Source of the DNA: Nanobdellota archaeon
GTDB taxonomy: Archaea; Nanobdellota; Nanobdellia; Pacearchaeales; GW2011-AR1
DNA length: 33,977 nucleotides
NCBI GenBank assembly: GCA_038044345.1
Contig: JBBTAG010000061.1
Span: forward strand, 1 to 33,977
Direction: 5' to 3'
A program made the translations under genes and the position numbers. Position 1 is the stretch's first letter. Every line of letters begins with the position of its first letter. Below, in pieces: positions 31,281 to 33,977 of the stretch. Below the pieces are notes generated by a model that was given only the letters and a program-made list of their open reading frames with translations, had not been told where the DNA came from and did no database searches.

Positions 31281-33103
31281 GTTTTTATTGAAAGTATTGA
31301 ACTTATATCATTGTTTTTTATGTGATTAGCTAATAGTTCCTGGTTTTTATAATATAGGTTAAGAACTTTTCCAAAGTCATTTAGGCTTCTTATGTTATTT
31401 TTAATCATCCAAGATAAAATTCTTCTCTTTTCTGCCATGTCTTTTTCAATTTCTTCTTGTCCCATACCTGTGTTTCTTTGCAGCGATTCAAAAAACTTTT
31501 GACTTTCGCTGTGCTTGATTAGTTTGTCTTCTTCTGGCAACCAACGATAAAGTATGTTTGATCTTGCCTGGTCTTTTTCTGCATCAAATTCAGCGATTTG
31601 CAATATTCTTCTAATCCCCTTTTTTCTGTCACGAAACATTACTATATTAAGATTTACGGCTTTTAATAAGTTTGGGGGGACGTCTAATGGTGGGTTTACC
31701 AAACGAGAAATGGTTTCTGGAGCAGAATCTGCGTGGACAGTGGCATAAACTGAGTGTCCAGTATGCATTGCTTCGAATAAAACCATTGCTTCTTCTTTTC
31801 TTCTCATTTCTCCTAGAACAATTCTATCCGGCCTCATACGCAATGAATTGACGAGAAGGTCAAGCATACTGACTTCTCCTTTTCCTTCTGGGTTTGGAGT
31901 TCTTGTGACGAGAGGAGTCCAATATAAGAAATCTGGAAGCATTAATTCTCTGGTGTCTTCTATGCTTATTATTCTTTGGTTTGGGGGGATGAATGGGAGA
32001 CAGGCGTTTAGGAAAGAGGTTTTACCTGAAGCAGTTCCTCCTGAAAAGAGAATATTCATTTCGAATTCAATGGCAAGCCATATTAACGCTGCAGTTTCAA
32101 GGTCGCAGGTTTTATTGTTAATTAAATCTATTATTGTGTAAGGGTCTCGAGCGAATTTTCTTATTGTAATTGTGTTCCCTTTTGTATCTACAGGATAAAG
32201 AACAGCGTTTATTCTGTCTCCAGTCAATAAATGAGCATCTAGCAGCGGACTGAGCACAGTTATTTGTTTTCCGACGCGTCTTGCAATTATGTTGGAATAA
32301 TTTAAAATATCTTCTTCTTGTTCAATTTTCATATTAGTTGTCAGCCAACCGTATTTTTTGCTGTAAACTCTTATCGGCTCTTTGGCAGAAGAGATGACAA
32401 TTTCTTCTAAATTTGGATCATTTATTAAGAATTCTATGTCGCCCAAGCCGAGCATGTCTTGGATTAATTTACCGATTAAGAATTGCTTTACTTCTTCATC
32501 AAGATTTGGAAGCTTTGCTTGGATAAGATTTGTGGCATCCTCAAGGAATCTTTTTTTAATTGATTCGAAAAATTCAGGATTAATAAGTTCTTTCATCGTG
32601 ATGTTTGTTAATGATATCAGGTCGTGTCTTACATCATCTAGAAGCATTGAAGTTGCAAGGTCTATTTTTGGAACAAATAAATTGTAATAAACACCTAAAT
32701 CGTTTCTTATTATGGAAACTTCTACTTTTGCTCCATCGACGTTTATTTCATATTTTTCTAAGACGCCTATTTTTTTCTGCATAAGAGTTTTTTCTTGGTT
32801 TTCCGATTTTTTGATGTTTGTGGATTGTTTTTCAGATTTATTTAAATGGTGATGGTGTTTTTGATTAATTGCAGTCTTAGGTTCAGTTGTGTTTTGGATA
32901 ATGTTTTGTTTTGGCATATGTGATGGCAATTCAGGCAGGCTTTTGCCACCTAGAAGTCTATTTCTTTCTCTCAGAATAGGCACTTTTTGAGGATTGTTTA
33001 AATTACCTAATTTTTCCGAGAGCAATTGCTTTTCTTTTTCAATGTCTTCCTCACTTAAACTAGGGACATCTTTTTCTTTTTTTATTGTTTTTTTCTTTTT
33101 CAT
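31277..33103 (-). CDS. type II/IV secretion-family ATPase (ArlI/PilB/VirB11-like) with a low-complexity N-terminal extension
   Basis: Walker A GGTASGKTS, Asp box IISIEDTRELML, Walker B RPDRIVLGEMRRKEE, His box TGHSVYATVHA. Confidence 0.88.
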   Translation of the reverse strand: MKKKKTIKKEKDVPSLSEEDIEKEKQLLSEKLGNLNNPQKVPILRERNRLLGGKSLPELPSHMPKQNIIQNTTEPKTAINQKHHHHLNKSEKQSTNIKKSENQEKTLMQKKIGVLEKYEINVDGAKVEVSIIRNDLGVYYNLFVPKIDLATSMLLDDVRHDLISLTNITMKELINPEFFESIKKRFLEDATNLIQAKLPNLDEEVKQFLIGKLIQDMLGLGDIEFLINDPNLEEIVISSAKEPIRVYSKKYGWLTTNMKIEQEEDILNYSNIIARRVGKQITVLSPLLDAHLLTGDRINAVLYPVDTKGNTITIRKFARDPYTIIDLINNKTCDLETAALIWLAIEFEMNILFSGGTASGKTSFLNACLPFIPPNQRIISIEDTRELMLPDFLYWTPLVTRTPNPEGKGEVSMLDLLVNSLRMRPDRIVLGEMRRKEEAMVLFEAMHTGHSVYATVHADSAPETISRLVNPPLDVPPNLLKAVNLNIVMFRDRKKGIRRILQIAEFDAEKDQARSNILYRWLPEEDKLIKHSESQKFFESLQRNTGMGQEEIEKDMAEKRRILSWMIKNNIRSLNDFGKVLNLYYKNQELLANHIKNNDISSILSIKT

Positions 33104-33615
33104 TGTGATAGTATTATTTCAGGGTCTCCAAATTGAGGATAATACATGCTTGCTAAATTGCCGCTTTCCAATATTTTTGCCCACTCCGTAGCAGTTTCTC
33201 TTGGAATATGAAAAACTTTGGATATGGATGCAATTTTCAGATGTTTTTTTTCTTGTAAAATTCCGTATAATACATCTATGTCTGTTTGTTTTTTTTCGTG
33301 AGTATAGTATTTTTTAGTAATGTAAAGGTTAATTATTTCTTTTCTAAGGTCGATTTTTTGTTTTAATATCATAAAAACAGTTCCAAGAATTAGAAACATC
33401 CATTCGAGCACAATAAACATCTCTGAGAAGAATGGAAAAACTGCGTTGTTCTGATTTTCTGGAATTTTTTTAATTGAAAGACCGGAAATGGAATTTGTTC
33501 CTGCAGATTTTGAGTTGTCATTTAAACTGATAGTTAAATAAATGGCTCCGTGTACAACTGATAATATGAAAATTACAAATAGAACGATTCCAAAGTGGTT
33601 TTGTTTTTTTTCCAT
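33100..33615 (-). CDS. two-TM membrane protein with a C-terminal wHTH-like domain, first gene of the assembly operon
   Basis: TMs at about residues 8-28 and 65-85. C-terminal LKIASISKVFHIPRETATEWAKILESGNL. ATGA overlap with the ATPase gene. Confidence 0.55.
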   Translation of the reverse strand: MEKKQNHFGIVLFVIFILSVVHGAIYLTISLNDNSKSAGTNSISGLSIKKIPENQNNAVFPFFSEMFIVLEWMFLILGTVFMILKQKIDLRKEIINLYITKKYYTHEKKQTDIDVLYGILQEKKHLKIASISKVFHIPRETATEWAKILESGNLASMYYPQFGDPEIILSQ

Positions 33616-33626
33616 ACTCTTTTTTT

Positions 33627-33645
33627 ATTCTCTCGCAGAGAGAAT
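33627..33645. promoter_or_regulatory. perfect inverted repeat attctctc-gca-gagagaat in the divergent pilus promoter region
   Basis: Read directly. Lies between a TATA-like box (33647-33654) and the operon ATG at 33615. Confidence 0.45.
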
Positions 33646-33708
33646 GTTTAAATATAATGTATTTCTTTGTATTAGTAGGTGGGGCATTATATAAATCTTA
33701 TTAATAAA

Positions 33709-33977
33709 ATGAAAAAGGGGAAAAAAGGGCAGATAAGCACGGAATATTTGATAGTGATGGGTTTCGTCACATTCATGGTAATTTCATTGATGGGCATTGC
33801 TTTTCTCTATGTTGGACAGATAAGAGACAATATGAAGATGAATCAAATTAATACTTTTGGGAAAAAAATAGTCAATTCGGCTGAAACTGTTTATTTTGCT
33901 GGGAATCCTTCAAGAGCGACGGTTTTATTGAATATTCCTCAAGGAGTTCAGAATATTGTTGTTGCAGGTGCAGAGGA
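33709..33977 (+). CDS. pilin-like protein, class III signal peptide (3' end beyond the right edge; not in the ORF track)
   Basis: Hand translation MKKGKKG|QISTEYLIVMGFVTFMVISLMGIAFLYVGQ... The frame stays open to the window end. Q-x-S-x-E pattern after the predicted cleavage site. Confidence 0.7.
   Translation, partial: MKKGKKGQISTEYLIVMGFVTFMVISLMGIAFLYVGQIRDNMKMNQINTFGKKIVNSAETVYFAGNPSRATVLLNIPQGVQNIVVAGAE

Noticed and set aside
32820-32870. The His run (KHHHHL) in the ATPase N-terminus as an engineered tag or cloning artefact.
   Set aside because: There are only four His, embedded in a natural-looking Lys/Gln/Asn-rich low-complexity region. No vector-like sequence surrounds it.
23725-33615. 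Interpreting the locus as an archaellum (motility) operon because of the ArlI-like, ArlJ-like and ArlH-like genes.
   Set aside because: No ArlF/G or ArlC/D/E/X-like genes are present in the window and the platform is split. The filament-associated genes include a vWA adhesin-like giant pilin. An adhesive pilus is the better reading, although genes beyond the right edge could change this.
1-33977. CRISPR arrays, rRNA genes, transposase or integrase genes, and additional tRNAs.
   Set aside because: Reading both strands, I found no regularly spaced direct repeats, no rRNA-like conserved stretches, no transposase- or integrase-like ORFs and no second cloverleaf. The only mobile-type elements seen are the MCM intein, the HNH gene and the small hairpin or inverted-repeat blocks reported above.

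Overview
AT-rich (about one-third G+C by eye), tightly packed archaeal fragment. The gene content looks like a small-genome DPANN-type archaeon: aIF2-beta, aRF1, MCM, L15e, NAC, Sec61-beta and deoxyhypusine synthase. All three stop codons are used as stops. Bases 1-23.6 kb are mostly housekeeping: DHS (partial), bacterial-type MnmA, HNH nuclease, tRNA-Asn(GUU), a KH/Dim2-like protein, aIF2-beta plus DUF424, an MCM / RPA32-like OB-fold / PD-(D/E)xK nuclease operon, aRF1, ValRS, Fe-S-less EndoIII, Sec61-beta (below the ORF-track size cutoff), DUF2238, HAD, NAC, an M29 aminopeptidase, MinD and L15e. The MCM gene carries a 464-aa LAGLIDADG intein. Small accessory modules are interspersed: PIN/RHH toxin-antitoxin, a nucleotidyltransferase plus small partner, and orphan genes. 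Bases 23.7-34 kb are the most interesting part: a type IV pilus-like (Tad/Epd-like) locus on the minus strand. It encodes a VirB11/ArlI-type ATPase, a platform split into two single-T2SSF genes, a KaiC/ArlH-like ATPase and four class III signal-peptide proteins. One of these is an 878-aa vWA (MIDAS) adhesin-like pilin with a Cys-rich insert. A fifth pilin gene diverges off the right edge, and no prepilin peptidase is in the window. Other points worth a second look: an in-frame TAA splitting a surface protein; covarying hairpins with identical loops inside the pilus locus; three perfect inverted repeats upstream of vapBC; a single palindromic TATA box shared by two divergent genes; and a very uniform TATA-to-ATG spacing that implies mostly leaderless mRNAs. 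No rRNA and no CRISPR array were seen.
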